64,000 nucleotides of DNA. It comes from a virus. This document shows positions 45,300-54,907 of the stretch, piece after piece. The translations under genes were made by a program, and so were the position numbers. The notes below the pieces were generated by a model. It saw only the letters and a list, made by a program, of their open reading frames with translations, did no database searches and was not told the DNA's origin. Every line of letters begins with the position of its first letter. Position 1 is the first letter of the stretch. The stretch is taken from the IMG/VR virus record IMGVR_UViG_3300037200_000067, positions 10,260 through 74,259 of that record; one strand, given 5' to 3'.

Positions 45300-46064
45300 A
45301 TGATTCCGGCGCCAGTCCTAGTTCAACTCGGGACGATCGGCCTCTCGCCGGACCAACTTGCGGCCGTCGCTGAAATGCTTCGCACGGTTGAAGAAGCCAC
45401 GATCACGGACCTCAGCGGCCGGATCGAAGTCGCCGAGGAGGAGGCGCTTCGCCTCGCGCGGGCGAAAAATGCCGATCGGCAGGCGCGCTTTCGAGAGCGC
45501 CAAGCGGCAAATAGTAACGTTACTTCTGACAATTTAACGTTACGTAACGTTACGAAACGTTACGCGACTCGCGCGCCCACGCGTGCGCCCGGTCTTCTTT
45601 TCGAAGAAAGAGTAGAAGAGTCCCCCGTTGACGCTAAGAAGCGTCAACAGCCCCCAAGGGGGCGCGACGACGAAAACAGCCGGGCTCGTCGATTGCCAAA
45701 AGATTGGCTCCCATCGGAAGCCCATCGCTCCCAAGCCGCAGCGCTTGGCCTTACGCCGCTGGAGCACGAGGAGATCGCAACCGAATTTCAGAATTATTGG
45801 TGGTCGGAAGGCGGGCAGAAAGCCCGCAAAATCGATTGGGAACGGACCTACACGAATCGCCTGAATGAACAGGCAAAACGGGTTTTGAAAGGAAAGCAAA
45901 ATGGGCGACGAAGAACTGTTCACGACGCAGCCCGCGACCTCTGCGATTACGTCGATGCCGGCGGCAAGCTCAACATCCCTCCCATCCCTCCAGTCCCATC
46001 GTTGTTCGAACTCCGTAGCGTCCCAACGAGCCCGTCTTTTGCTCGGCTGCTACCGGAAAGGTGA
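45300..46064 (+). CDS. replication initiator protein (lambda O/DnaT-like)
   Basis: ADRQARFR; LPKDW.P; F.NYW...K.DW.RTY; internal iteron-like repeats. Confidence 0.7.
   Translation: MIPAPVLVQLGTIGLSPDQLAAVAEMLRTVEEATITDLSGRIEVAEEEALRLARAKNADRQARFRERQAANSNVTSDNLTLRNVTKRYATRAPTRAPGLLFEERVEESPVDAKKRQQPPRGRDDENSRARRLPKDWLPSEAHRSQAAALGLTPLEHEEIATEFQNYWWSEGGQKARKIDWERTYTNRLNEQAKRVLKGKQNGRRRTVHDAARDLCDYVDAGGKLNIPPIPPVPSLFELRSVPTSPSFARLLPER
45513..45564. repeat. AACGTTAC iteron-like repeats (candidate origin)
   Basis: palindrome AGTAACGTTACT then TAACGTTACG TAACGTTACG AAACGTTACG, AT-rich. Confidence 0.7.
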
Positions 46065-46530
46065 GGCCGAGGACCCGGATACCTTCCTGACAGCCCTTGT
46101 TTCGATCTTGATGGGCTATCCCGAATCGGTCGTGATCCGCGTGACCGACCCGCGCACGGGCATTCCTGGATCATCGAAATTCCTGCCAACGATCGCCGAC
46201 GTGCGCCACGAGTGCGAAGTCGCCATGGCGCCGATCTATCGGGAACGCGAGAGAGTCGCCAAGGCGGCGCAGGCCGAGGAGCGGGAGCGCAAAGAGGCGC
46301 AGGGCGACCCTCAGAAGCGGGCAGAAACGCTTGCGCGTCTCAAGGCGGCATATCCGGGCATGTTCAACGAGACGGGCCGTGGGGCAGGCTCCCTGAAGCC
46401 GATCGCGGACATAATCGAGGAGCGCAAGACGGATTGGTCCAAGCCGTGCGGGCCGCTCTCGCCAGCCGTCCTGAAAACGCTCGGCCTGCTACAGGAGGAA
46501 CCCGAACCGGACCCACGCGATTACGAATGA
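45901..46530 (+). CDS. putative helicase loader/replication accessory protein
   Basis: follows initiator; DPRTGIP...KFLPTIAD. Confidence 0.55.
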   Translation: MGDEELFTTQPATSAITSMPAASSTSLPSLQSHRCSNSVASQRARLLLGCYRKGEAEDPDTFLTALVSILMGYPESVVIRVTDPRTGIPGSSKFLPTIADVRHECEVAMAPIYRERERVAKAAQAEERERKEAQGDPQKRAETLARLKAAYPGMFNETGRGAGSLKPIADIIEERKTDWSKPCGPLSPAVLKTLGLLQEEPEPDPRDYE

Positions 46531-46666
46531 TCACTATCATTGAGGTTGATCGGCGGGGCTGCAACCCCCGCCTAGATCAGTCGTGACAACGCGCGCCGTC
46601 GCCTAAAGCTATTTAGACGAAACGGGAGCGCTTGTCATCATGACAACTATAGATTCTGGCGAAAAC

Positions 46667-46900
46667 TCACGATCCGGTGAGCAAGCTCCACGGGTCGAGA
46701 TGGAACACCAACCCGAGCGTACAGGAAAGCAAAACGCACACGCCGCAAATCAAATATAGGCCACCGACGATTTGCCGACCGTCATAAATAAAGTATTGCC
46801 ACCCTTTGACTTGAAGATAAATGGAAGGGAGGCTGAACAGAAGACAACTGACAAGGGAGAAGAGGGAAGTGAATTCTGGACTCCGGTTAAAGGGGGTCAT
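46667..46900 (-). CDS. AT-rich membrane protein
   Basis: two hydrophobic segments. Confidence 0.5.
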   Translation of the reverse strand: MTPFNRSPEFTSLFSLVSCLLFSLPSIYLQVKGWQYFIYDGRQIVGGLYLICGVCVLLSCTLGLVFHLDPWSLLTGS

Positions 46901-47045
46901 AGTATCCACCGCGCGAAGACGTAGCAGATGGCGACGGACCCTGCCAAATGGATAAGACCAAACACCATGTCGGGTTCCCGCATATGAGTAACCTCGCCGA
47001 GGATTGAGAGGATCAGCATGAAGGCGAACTTCTGCCGGAACTCGC

Positions 47046-47342
47046 TCATACCGCCCTCGCAAAGCGCAGCTTGGCGTGCCTCGACAGCCACGCCTGAAAG
47101 CGCTCAGGAGACCCGTGGCAGGCCGCTGGCGCATGACGGCGCAGGAAGCCCATGATGGCCTTCAATGCCGCCGTGGACTGGTCGTCGCCGTGCCGGCAGG
47201 CTCCATCCAGGTCGTTGCGCAGGACCGCGCAGAGGAAGTGGCCCGGAACCACGCCGAACTTGATCCAGCGGCGCAAGCCGGCGCGCAGGTGCTCGGGCAC
47301 GTATTCGAGGCCCTTTTCGAGATCGTCATCGTCAATCATCAC
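47046..47342 (-). CDS. hypothetical protein
   Basis: PGHFL.AVL.NDL...P.ACHGS.E...W. Confidence 0.7.
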   Translation of the reverse strand: MMIDDDDLEKGLEYVPEHLRAGLRRWIKFGVVPGHFLCAVLRNDLDGACRHGDDQSTAALKAIMGFLRRHAPAACHGSPERFQAWLSRHAKLRFARAV

Positions 47343-47623
47343 GCGTTCCCTATGGTTGAGGGCATGACCTCGTCAAGGTCGACCCGGCTGTCAAAACGGA
47401 CGATCCGAAAGCGGATTCCTTGCTGGACGGGACCGTCTGGCGCGTCCAGCATTTTCGTCGCCATCGCCGTAATGCGCGGGACGTTTGCGGGCTCCGAGCA
47501 CATGAGCGGATACCACGCGCCGTTCATTTGATAGGAGACGAGTCCCTCGTGGCCTTCTGGCGTGAGGGACAGGACAAACCAGATAAATTCCATCCGGTTG
47601 TGGGCGTGCGGGGCTTCGGTCAT
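47339..47623 (-). CDS. hypothetical protein
   Basis: coupled ORF. Confidence 0.6.
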   Translation of the reverse strand: MTEAPHAHNRMEFIWFVLSLTPEGHEGLVSYQMNGAWYPLMCSEPANVPRITAMATKMLDAPDGPVQQGIRFRIVRFDSRVDLDEVMPSTIGNA

Positions 47624-47934
47624 TTGAACCCCGTGATTCTGATGCCAGCGTTTGGCCCGCGATAGTCGCGAATGAAATCAGCGAAGGGTTTTCCTTCCGG
47701 ACAGCGAGCCTTGATGAAGGACTCCTCGTTGTACTTTCGGATCGTCGCGAGAAAGCGCGGCGCGCATGCCGGGCAGACGCCCTTCGACTCGAAAATGAAG
47801 CCGCCAGAGACGGCGCTATCCGTGCAATCAGCGTCGCAAAGATCGCAGACCACCGTGCGCCCCACGGGGACAATCGTTCCTTGGTTTGCGGCGGCTTCGT
47901 CCCATTTGTTTTGCAGTTCTTTCGGTAATGTCAC
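47620..47934 (-). CDS. Zn-finger hypothetical protein
   Basis: CDLC...CPAC. Confidence 0.65.
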   Translation of the reverse strand: MTLPKELQNKWDEAAANQGTIVPVGRTVVCDLCDADCTDSAVSGGFIFESKGVCPACAPRFLATIRKYNEESFIKARCPEGKPFADFIRDYRGPNAGIRITGFK

Positions 47935-48485
47935 GGTCTGTCCTCCTCCAGATGAATTACGACGCCGCCGATCGCTGCGGCGACCTCCTCGGCGCTATGC
48001 TCTTTGTCCCGCATGGCGGAATGAAGTTCCAGCCAGTCCGCGTTGTCGCCGAAGTGCGGCGCCACCAGCAGAAAAGCGTCCGTCGAACTATGCCTGATCA
48101 GCGCGGCGACGCCCTCCTTTGCGCGGCGCTGGACATAAGCCCGGAGTGCCGGATCACGATGCGCGTCGCGAAAACGCGGGTCGCACCAAACCTGGATCAC
48201 AGGGATTGCAGTCTCGACGCCATCGTCGGTCTTGTGCCGGACAAAATCAGGAACCACGTCGATCACGTAGCGCGAGCGGTCGGGCCGCGAAAGATCAGCC
48301 GTGTCATCGTTCGTCAGCCATCGGCATGTCCAGACCTTGCACGACCACGGCATTTCGCGAGAGCCGTAGATCACGCAGCCTTTGCCGTACCTTTGATGCT
48401 GGCACTTGTGGTTGCCGGGCTTGGATATTTCCTTCACCGGCAACAAGGAACAGCACAAAGTACAGTCGCCGCATTCGCGTCTCAT
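47931..48485 (-). CDS. CxxCxxCC (YkgJ-like) protein
   Basis: CGDCTLCC...KP....C.H....GCVIY...P.SC..W.C.WL...RPD. Confidence 0.8.
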   Translation of the reverse strand: MRRECGDCTLCCSLLPVKEISKPGNHKCQHQRYGKGCVIYGSREMPWSCKVWTCRWLTNDDTADLSRPDRSRYVIDVVPDFVRHKTDDGVETAIPVIQVWCDPRFRDAHRDPALRAYVQRRAKEGVAALIRHSSTDAFLLVAPHFGDNADWLELHSAMRDKEHSAEEVAAAIGGVVIHLEEDRP

Positions 48486-48498
48486 GGCGTTTCGCTCC

Positions 48499-49263
48499 TC
48501 AAATATGGCAGTCGATCACGGTGATCCATTGGTCGGGCCGGATGGCCGCAAGGATGGCGTCAGCCTCCTGCTGCCAGTCCGGATTGTCGTCGCTTGAAAT
48601 GTCCCACCAGCCCATCGGACCGCGCTCTCGCCACTCGCCGTCGACGACGAATCCCCAACTGGAAAGCGCTGGCGCCGAGGCGATCCAGTCGTCCAGCGTT
48701 TGGCCCTCGGGAACGTTGAAGTCTCCCCATGTGTCGTCCCGCGCAAGACAAAGACCCCTCTCGCTCTGGCTAGCGAGCCACTCGTAGATGCCGTCGACAG
48801 TGCGCTGCCGATCGCGCACGCGCATCCGTTTCATGAATGCCATGGCGACGTCGCCAAAGCGCGCACTGTCGACCTCGACGGCGTTCGCAAGAGCGATCTT
48901 GCCCTTGTAGCGACCGCCGATCTGCCACCAGTCCCATTTGCGGTTCGGGTTCGTGCGGTCGATCACCCTCAGCAGGTTGCCGCCAGCGTCAACTTCAATG
49001 CTGCCGTACTTGGCGTCGACGTGCGTGCCGGGGTGCTTGATGGGCACGCCATAATACTCAGCGGCCCACTCGGCCGGCGACTGTTCTCGCTCGTCATCGC
49101 CACGCTTGGCATAGGCCGCGAGCGCCTCCGTCGTCTTGTCGACGTCGACGACGTACTCCTCAAAACCCGTGCTTTCGTATTCATGCCACGGCAGCAAGAT
49201 CGCATGGAGCGCCGCTTCGGTTGGTTTTTCGTCTGTCACGACGATCATTGAAAAATGGCTCAT
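48499..49263 (-). CDS. conserved phage hypothetical protein
   Basis: MSHF, NPN.KWDWWQIGGRY, DCHI C-terminus. Confidence 0.8.
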   Translation of the reverse strand: MSHFSMIVVTDEKPTEAALHAILLPWHEYESTGFEEYVVDVDKTTEALAAYAKRGDDEREQSPAEWAAEYYGVPIKHPGTHVDAKYGSIEVDAGGNLLRVIDRTNPNRKWDWWQIGGRYKGKIALANAVEVDSARFGDVAMAFMKRMRVRDRQRTVDGIYEWLASQSERGLCLARDDTWGDFNVPEGQTLDDWIASAPALSSWGFVVDGEWRERGPMGWWDISSDDNPDWQQEADAILAAIRPDQWITVIDCHI

Positions 49264-49700
49264 GATTTTACCTCCTCTTTCGTCGCCAAAAAATCTCGCC
49301 ACTGGCGCACGGTGTAATTGATCCAAGCGTCGAAGCTGTCGCGTCCGGTTCGTTGCGCCTCCAGACGCGCGATTGCGCGCGCAGCGAAAGCCCGTGAGGC
49401 CGGGTCGTGCGAAAGCAGCGGGGATGGTCGCGTGTCGGTCATTTCGGCCTCTGTGGCGCGCTCAACGCTTTCCAGTCGACTATTCCTCGCGATTCCCATC
49501 CATCCGCCTTGCACCGATCGCAAAACATCTGGACGTGGCCGCTCTTGTGCTTGCCGGCCCATGACGCGGGTCTGCCGCATTCGTGGTTGAAAGTGCCGGG
49601 TTCGCAATTCGTACAGCGTTCAGCCATGAAATTCCCCCTCTCGTCGCCCTCGTTGGCGCATCGCATGGCCGGCGTCTCTGCCCGCCGGCCAGTCATCGCG

Positions 49701-50129
49701 TCAGTCAGATTGACTAGCCCTCCGCGCTTCTCTTTTCGCGTTTTTGCGCAACTGGCGCCGAGTTGGCGGGGGCGCGAGAGCAGCGAAGCCTTCACGCCTC
49801 CAGTATGTACGCGCCTCCTCCACAAACAAGAGAAAGACATTCGCCGGTAGACGAGCCTGCGCGACCCGTACAAAAATCGTCTCGAATGAGAACCTAGCGC
49901 CCTCCTCAAGGATCAATCGCATGTCCCCGATCTGGCGGATTAGGTTAGAGCGCTCCGCATTGTCCGTCTCCGCACGCAACCTCACCTTGAGCGCGTCGTA
50001 TTGTTCCTTAAGGGACGTAAGGACTTCCATTGTATCGCTCGACTCTCCGTATCCGCGCGCTGAAATTCGCGTCGAAAAGTCGCCCGTCTTTCCCATGAAT
50101 TGCTCTGACGTCGAGGTCTTCTTAAACAT
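49701..50129 (-). CDS. hypothetical protein
   Basis: GGAGG RBS before ATG 50129. Confidence 0.6.
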   Translation of the reverse strand: MFKKTSTSEQFMGKTGDFSTRISARGYGESSDTMEVLTSLKEQYDALKVRLRAETDNAERSNLIRQIGDMRLILEEGARFSFETIFVRVAQARLPANVFLLFVEEARTYWRREGFAALAPPPTRRQLRKNAKREARRASQSD

Positions 50130-50161
50130 TGTCGCTCCTCCCGTTGCCAGTGATCGTCGCG

Positions 50162-50416
50162 TCAGTGCAATTCGTCGTCGTCCACAAGCTCCACAAAGCC
50201 AAGCCGCTGCGCAATCTGGCCCATGGGAAACTCGTCTTTGTGCGCGTTCCAAAAGCCTCGGCAGCACGCGTCTTTCGAGTAGTGACAGACCCGATGGCCT
50301 TTGAAGCCCATGTGTTTGTCGCGCACCTGATCTTCGAGGTGCGCGAGGTTCAGCGGCGAGTCCTTCCGGTAGATGCATGTGGCGCAAGGCTCGCGCTGAA
50401 CACGAAACATCAGCAC
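50162..50416 (-). CDS. Cys-rich hypothetical protein
   Basis: CATCIYR.D...CH.....CCRG. Confidence 0.65.
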   Translation of the reverse strand: MLMFRVQREPCATCIYRKDSPLNLAHLEDQVRDKHMGFKGHRVCHYSKDACCRGFWNAHKDEFPMGQIAQRLGFVELVDDDELH

Positions 50417-50636
50417 TCCACTCCCGTTTGCGCCAGCGCGCGATTGCGCCGGTTCATGCGCTGGACGCGGCGATGATCCGTCGCGAGACGTCGCGCCAGT
50501 TCTTCAACGGCCTCATCGTCAAGGAAATGCAAAAGTCCCTTGCGGCGCACCATGTCGTCGAATGCGCTAGCGACGCGCGATTCGCTGAAATCCTTGATCA
50601 GCCGCTCATGTCTTTGCCGTCGCGGTATCATGGCAT

Positions 50637-50900
50637 TCACTCCTCTCGGATCACGATGTTTTCGTTGCCCCACGGATATTTGCCGTCAGGCTCCCGATCA
50701 AAATCGCCGTGCAGGAGATAGTCCTCTACGGCGTTTGCGACGACATCGAACTCTGTGCTGGTGGGCGCTTCCCAGATGGCTTCCGGCGAGCGCTTGCTGT
50801 CGCTGATCGCGTGGATTGCGACCGCAACCGCGTGATGCGTATTGCGACTGGCGCTCCATTCACGATCGACATTCGGGGTCTGATACATGCGATTTTTCAT
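50637..50900 (-). CDS. hypothetical protein
   Basis: RBS before ATG 50900. Confidence 0.6.
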   Translation of the reverse strand: MKNRMYQTPNVDREWSASRNTHHAVAVAIHAISDSKRSPEAIWEAPTSTEFDVVANAVEDYLLHGDFDREPDGKYPWGNENIVIREE

Positions 50901-51121
50901 GGCCCTTCCCTCCTCTTGATAACCTTGTGCAGGGCGCTCACGATGTCGGGGATCGACCAGCGCCCTAAGTCGACCAGGTAGTGCATGACCGCCGTCTGGT
51001 TGTTGGCGACGTCCGATGGCGTCGCCGCGACCATTTCGGCGATGATCTGCTGATAGTCCCACGCGTCGAGGCTCGCCCCGCGCGCAACGTCCATGGGATC
51101 GCGGTTCACGGTCAGCACCAA
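50897..51121 (-). CDS. hypothetical protein
   Basis: coupled ORF. Confidence 0.5.
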   Translation of the reverse strand: MVLTVNRDPMDVARGASLDAWDYQQIIAEMVAATPSDVANNQTAVMHYLVDLGRWSIPDIVSALHKVIKRREGP

Positions 51122-51269
51122 ACGACTTCTGAATAGGCCATGAACCTTTCATCGCCATATTCGTCGTCGCCCTCGAAATGGCCCCTGTCGTTGAACAGTG
51201 TGTGGCAGGCATACCAGTGTGTCAGGCCGCGCATCTTCACGCGGCCTGACAAAACTTGCGCCATGGTGC

Positions 51270-51584
51270 TCATGCGACCTCCCTCAGCATTTCCGCATGG
51301 CGATACTCGACGCGCACCTTGCGGTCGGTGCGCGTGCCCGTGCATTCCGAAAGCTGGCGAGCCGTCAAAAACGTCTTGCCTTTCTTCGCATCGAACGTGC
51401 CCACGGTGACATCGTCGATATGGATGGTGGCCGAAGCGCCATCGATCTCAGGCAAGCCCCGCGCCAGCACTTCGGCCTTCAGCGGCTCCAGCGCCTTTTC
51501 TGCCGCCTTGGCTTGGGCGTGCGCCCTCGCATAGGCGTCGGCCAGAGCCCTGCGGCTCAAGCCCTTGATTTCAGCGTTCGTCAT
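51270..51584 (-). CDS. hypothetical protein, first gene of second leftward arm
   Basis: GGAG RBS before ATG 51584. Confidence 0.65.
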   Translation of the reverse strand: MTNAEIKGLSRRALADAYARAHAQAKAAEKALEPLKAEVLARGLPEIDGASATIHIDDVTVGTFDAKKGKTFLTARQLSECTGTRTDRKVRVEYRHAEMLREVA

Positions 51585-51624
51585 CGCGTTCTCCAGTCGT
51601 CGCCGGAATATCTCCCGCGTTATG

Positions 51625-51680
51625 AAAAAATATATACGAGCGATCGACTGTTTACAACAGAAACCGGACACGCTATAGAA
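51625..51680. promoter_or_regulatory. overlapping divergent sigma70-like promoters
   Basis: + strand TTTACA-17-TATAGA (51651-79); - strand TTGTAA...TATATT. Confidence 0.6.
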
Positions 51681-51683
51681 AAT

Positions 51684-51911
51684 ATGTTGGACGCGAAAAG
51701 GGAGCCTGGAGCCGTGGCGGCACAACCCGTAAAAGCCGATGAAAAGCCGAAGCCGGAACGCCTGTTTCTGGGCGAGTTTGCGATTGAGCTTCGCGACGTG
51801 ATCGAGGACGAGCGCGCGCACGAGCGACCAATCCCAGCCTTCAAGGCGATGGTCGAGACCCTGATCCGCGAAGCCGCTGCCGCGCGCCGCGCCAAACGCG
51901 AGAAGCCCTGA
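51684..51911 (+). CDS. small ribbon-helix-helix-like regulator
   Basis: first gene of rightward arm; MVETLIREA helix. Confidence 0.5.
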   Translation: MLDAKREPGAVAAQPVKADEKPKPERLFLGEFAIELRDVIEDERAHERPIPAFKAMVETLIREAAAARRAKREKP

Positions 51912-52378
51912 TGGCCTTCAAGTCACCATTCTGGACCGAGGAACGCGCGAAACAGCTTCTCGCGCTCGACGCCGAAGGAAAAACCTCAGTCGTCATCGCG
52001 CAGGAAATAGGCTCGACCAAAGGCGCGGTCATCAGCAAGCTCGCGAGCCTGCGCGGCCGGCGCCCGAAGGCCGCGCCGAAGCCCAGCGTCGAAAAACGCC
52101 AGAGGCCTGTCAGCGACGCTCCCAAGCCGTTTGGAAAGGCTCGACCCACGCCAGTTACGGATGCTGGCGCGCCGGCGCCGGCCAGCCGATTTGTCTGTTG
52201 GGATGCGCTCGACCTCGGGACCGACTGCAAATTTCCGATCGGCGATCCCAAAGAGGATTTTGAAGGACTTCGATATTGCGGCGCGCCGCAAGCGCCAGAA
52301 TCGCGCTCGTGGTGCGCATGGCATTTCGATCTGTGCTTCCCGACGCGCGGGCAGCGTTACCAGAGGAGGGTTGCGTGA
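51911..52378 (+). CDS. gcrA: GcrA-family cell-cycle regulator
   Basis: WTEER...G.T...IA.EIG.TK.AVI.K; CKFPIGDP.....YCG......WC.WH. Confidence 0.9.
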   Translation: MAFKSPFWTEERAKQLLALDAEGKTSVVIAQEIGSTKGAVISKLASLRGRRPKAAPKPSVEKRQRPVSDAPKPFGKARPTPVTDAGAPAPASRFVCWDALDLGTDCKFPIGDPKEDFEGLRYCGAPQAPESRSWCAWHFDLCFPTRGQRYQRRVA

Positions 52379-52716
52379 AGCGTTGCACCATATTGATATT
52401 CGCCTTGTGGCTGTCCGGGTGCGGCTATTCGTCCGTAGAAAACGAGGCCGTGGGACAGGCCAAGAAGATTGCCAACGCCACCCCGTTGCTTTGCTATGAT
52501 CATATCGACTTCGATATGAGTCTCGGCGTCATGCGAAACGGCACCGGCTCAATGTCAACAGAGGACATGTGGTTCACGCTTCAGAACCCTGCTGATGCCG
52601 AGGTGCTTAAAGCCGCAGTCGCGAAGGGCGCGGTCGTCCGCCTTCAATACAAGGTGGCGCGCGTCACGTTGTGCATCGAAAACTATATCATCACCAAGGT
52701 CATATCGGTGGAGTAG
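52375..52716 (+). CDS. lipoprotein
   Basis: GTG 52375; lipobox LSGC. Confidence 0.7.
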   Translation: MKRCTILIFALWLSGCGYSSVENEAVGQAKKIANATPLLCYDHIDFDMSLGVMRNGTGSMSTEDMWFTLQNPADAEVLKAAVAKGAVVRLQYKVARVTLCIENYIITKVISVE

Positions 52717-52721
52717 CTTTT

Positions 52722-52931
52722 GTGGATCAGCCGGACTTCATCTACTTCGAGTGCCCAGAATGCGGCTTTAGCAGCGTTCAAAAATCGACGTTTGATGGTT
52801 CGGACGATTGTCCGCTTTGTGCGGGCGACAGCGGGCATGTGGTGAGGATGCGCGAGCGCGTTTGTCGCTCGACCGACAGGCCGGAGGGCCGCGATGCGCG
52901 GGTGGTCGCAGATTTGGGACCGATAACGTGA
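52722..52931 (+). CDS. Zn-ribbon protein
   Basis: CPECG...CPLCAGDSGH. Confidence 0.6.
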   Translation: MDQPDFIYFECPECGFSSVQKSTFDGSDDCPLCAGDSGHVVRMRERVCRSTDRPEGRDARVVADLGPIT

Positions 52932-53544
52932 CCAATCGCCCGCATGGTTCGAGGGCCGCAGAGAAGCGGCCGCTCTCTCAAACCCCGTCAGCGATAGCGG
53001 CGCGCGAACGTCGCCTGACAGCCGCCATAAACAAATTCGACGCCGAGTGGCATGCCGAAATCGGGGCGAAGATGAAAGCGGAGAACATGACTTACGATGA
53101 GGCGTTCGTTGCCTGCGGAGGAACGATCCTGCCGCTCTGTTTATGGCGGCTGTTTCCCTTGAAACCAGACGAGGAGTCGTGACGATGACCGCCCAGTCCG
53201 AAGCCCACGAGAAGCTCGTGGCTGAGATCGCGCAGCTTTTGGCCGGCCGCGATTGCGCCGTCCATGCCGAGGAACGGCAGGACGCCCGCGCCGTCCTCTC
53301 TCTTATCGCAGAGCGCCTGTCCGACGTGACGCCGGAAATGGTGGAAGCGTGGGGTGCCGCTTATCCGTCTAGGACGCCAGACCCGACGTGGACGGACGAA
53401 AACTGCGCGCGCTGCGATTTTGTCGCTATGATCGCCGCCTCTCCTCTCATGCCCGGCACTGACGCCACGCTCGACACCGCGCGCCGCTAAGCTACAGTCT
53501 ACTTTCCGTGAGGGGACGCGGAATCAGGGGGAAAGGGGAAATCT

Positions 53545-54138
53545 ATGGGGGAAGACCAGCCGCGACGTCTCAGCCGCAACGAGACGCACGACCTTGGGAT
53601 GATCATCAAGGAGCGCGCGAAGGTACTGAAATCCTACGCGAGTGAGCAGGCGGCGAAATGCATGGCCGATTTTGAGGCCAAACTCGCGGCCGAATATCAT
53701 TGGGACCAGGACGCGGCGTGGAAGGCCGCGACCAAAGAGGCCATGGCCGTCGTTGCGGCGAGCCAAGATATCATCGCGAAACGCTGCCAAGAGATTGGCA
53801 TCCCGGCCGCATTTGCGCCAACGCTTGCGCTGTCGTGGCAGTCGCGCGGCGAAAACATGCTGGAGAGCCGTCGCCGCGAACTCAGACGCGTGGCGGAGAG
53901 CCAAATTAGCGCGATGACGAAATCGGCGCTCACCAAGATCGACAAGCAGGCGCTCGACCTGCGCACGCAGGTAGTATCAATGGGCATCGTGTCGGAAAAC
54001 GCGCGTGCGTTTTTGGAGTCTCTCGCGCCGATCGAGGAAGCGATGAGCATGCTAGAATTTTCCGAGGTGGAAAAGAGGTTGGAAACCGAACAGCAGCGCC
54101 TGGCGGACCATCGCCGACATTATGGCGGTTCGCTGTGA
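53545..54138 (+). CDS. helical hypothetical protein
   Basis: 197-aa ORF with RBS and own upstream intergenic region. Confidence 0.7.
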   Translation: MGEDQPRRLSRNETHDLGMIIKERAKVLKSYASEQAAKCMADFEAKLAAEYHWDQDAAWKAATKEAMAVVAASQDIIAKRCQEIGIPAAFAPTLALSWQSRGENMLESRRRELRRVAESQISAMTKSALTKIDKQALDLRTQVVSMGIVSENARAFLESLAPIEEAMSMLEFSEVEKRLETEQQRLADHRRHYGGSL

Positions 54139-54773
54139 AACCCGTCTATCCGACTGCGCACGAGGTCGCCGTAGCAATCACCACGGCAGCGCACGTCTTC
54201 GAGGAAAGCCCGATCGACCTCGCGACTGGCCATCCACGCGGATATGCCCGCTGGATTGCCTATGCGGTTTTGCTCGAATTGTTCCCGACCGTTCCATGCA
54301 AGACGATCGAGGGGTGGCTTGGCGACCGCAAGGGCTTCTCCACGATGCACGCCCGAAAGCGCCTCGCTGACCGGAAAAAACACGGCACCTGGAATAAGCA
54401 GGCCGAAAGCGTCGTTCGGCATGCCGTCAGAAACGCCATGCAGCACACCGAGCGGGCGTGGGACTTGGCCGATGAAGCGCTGGAACCCGATGCGCCAGAA
54501 CCCGCGCTAGCCCCGCCCGTCACCGTCGCCAAGCTGATTGACGTCGGCCGCGCGGCGCGCGTGCAGCGCATGAAGGATTTTGCCGTCGCCGCCAAGCCGA
54601 CGCCTTTGCGATCGTCCAAGCCGCTATTCACGCCGACCATTGGCGTTGATCTGACCGTGCGGCCTGACGCGCCGATTGATCCGGCTACGCTACTGACAAG
54701 CCAGCTTATGGGCGATCCGAGTCCGCTGAGATCGGCTCTGGCGCAACGCGAGCGCGAGGCGAGAAAACCATGA
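54135..54773 (+). CDS. hypothetical protein
   Basis: coupled ORF; LMGDP.P.RSAL C-terminus. Confidence 0.65.
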   Translation: MKPVYPTAHEVAVAITTAAHVFEESPIDLATGHPRGYARWIAYAVLLELFPTVPCKTIEGWLGDRKGFSTMHARKRLADRKKHGTWNKQAESVVRHAVRNAMQHTERAWDLADEALEPDAPEPALAPPVTVAKLIDVGRAARVQRMKDFAVAAKPTPLRSSKPLFTPTIGVDLTVRPDAPIDPATLLTSQLMGDPSPLRSALAQREREARKP

Positions 54774-54907
54774 TCCAGTCCGTCCTTCTCACCGCTTTCG
54801 TCGGGTGTCTGTTCGTCATGGCGCTTCGCAAGCAGCACGTAACCTCGATCGCATTCGGATTTGCCTTCGTCCTGCTGGCCTTCATGGCGATGGAATATCC
54901 GCGATGA
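54770..54907 (+). CDS. 45-aa membrane peptide (not in ORF track)
   Basis: ATGA overlaps at both ends; hydrophobic. Confidence 0.55.
   Translation: MIQSVLLTAFVGCLFVMALRKQHVTSIAFGFAFVLLAFMAMEYPR

Noticed and set aside
45534-45550. CtrA box (TTAA-N7-TTAA) at the candidate origin
   Set aside because: Second half-site does not match at the right spacing; better explained as iterons.
46595-46630. Hammerhead ribozyme suggested by GACGAAAC
   Set aside because: No CUGANGA core in the required position.
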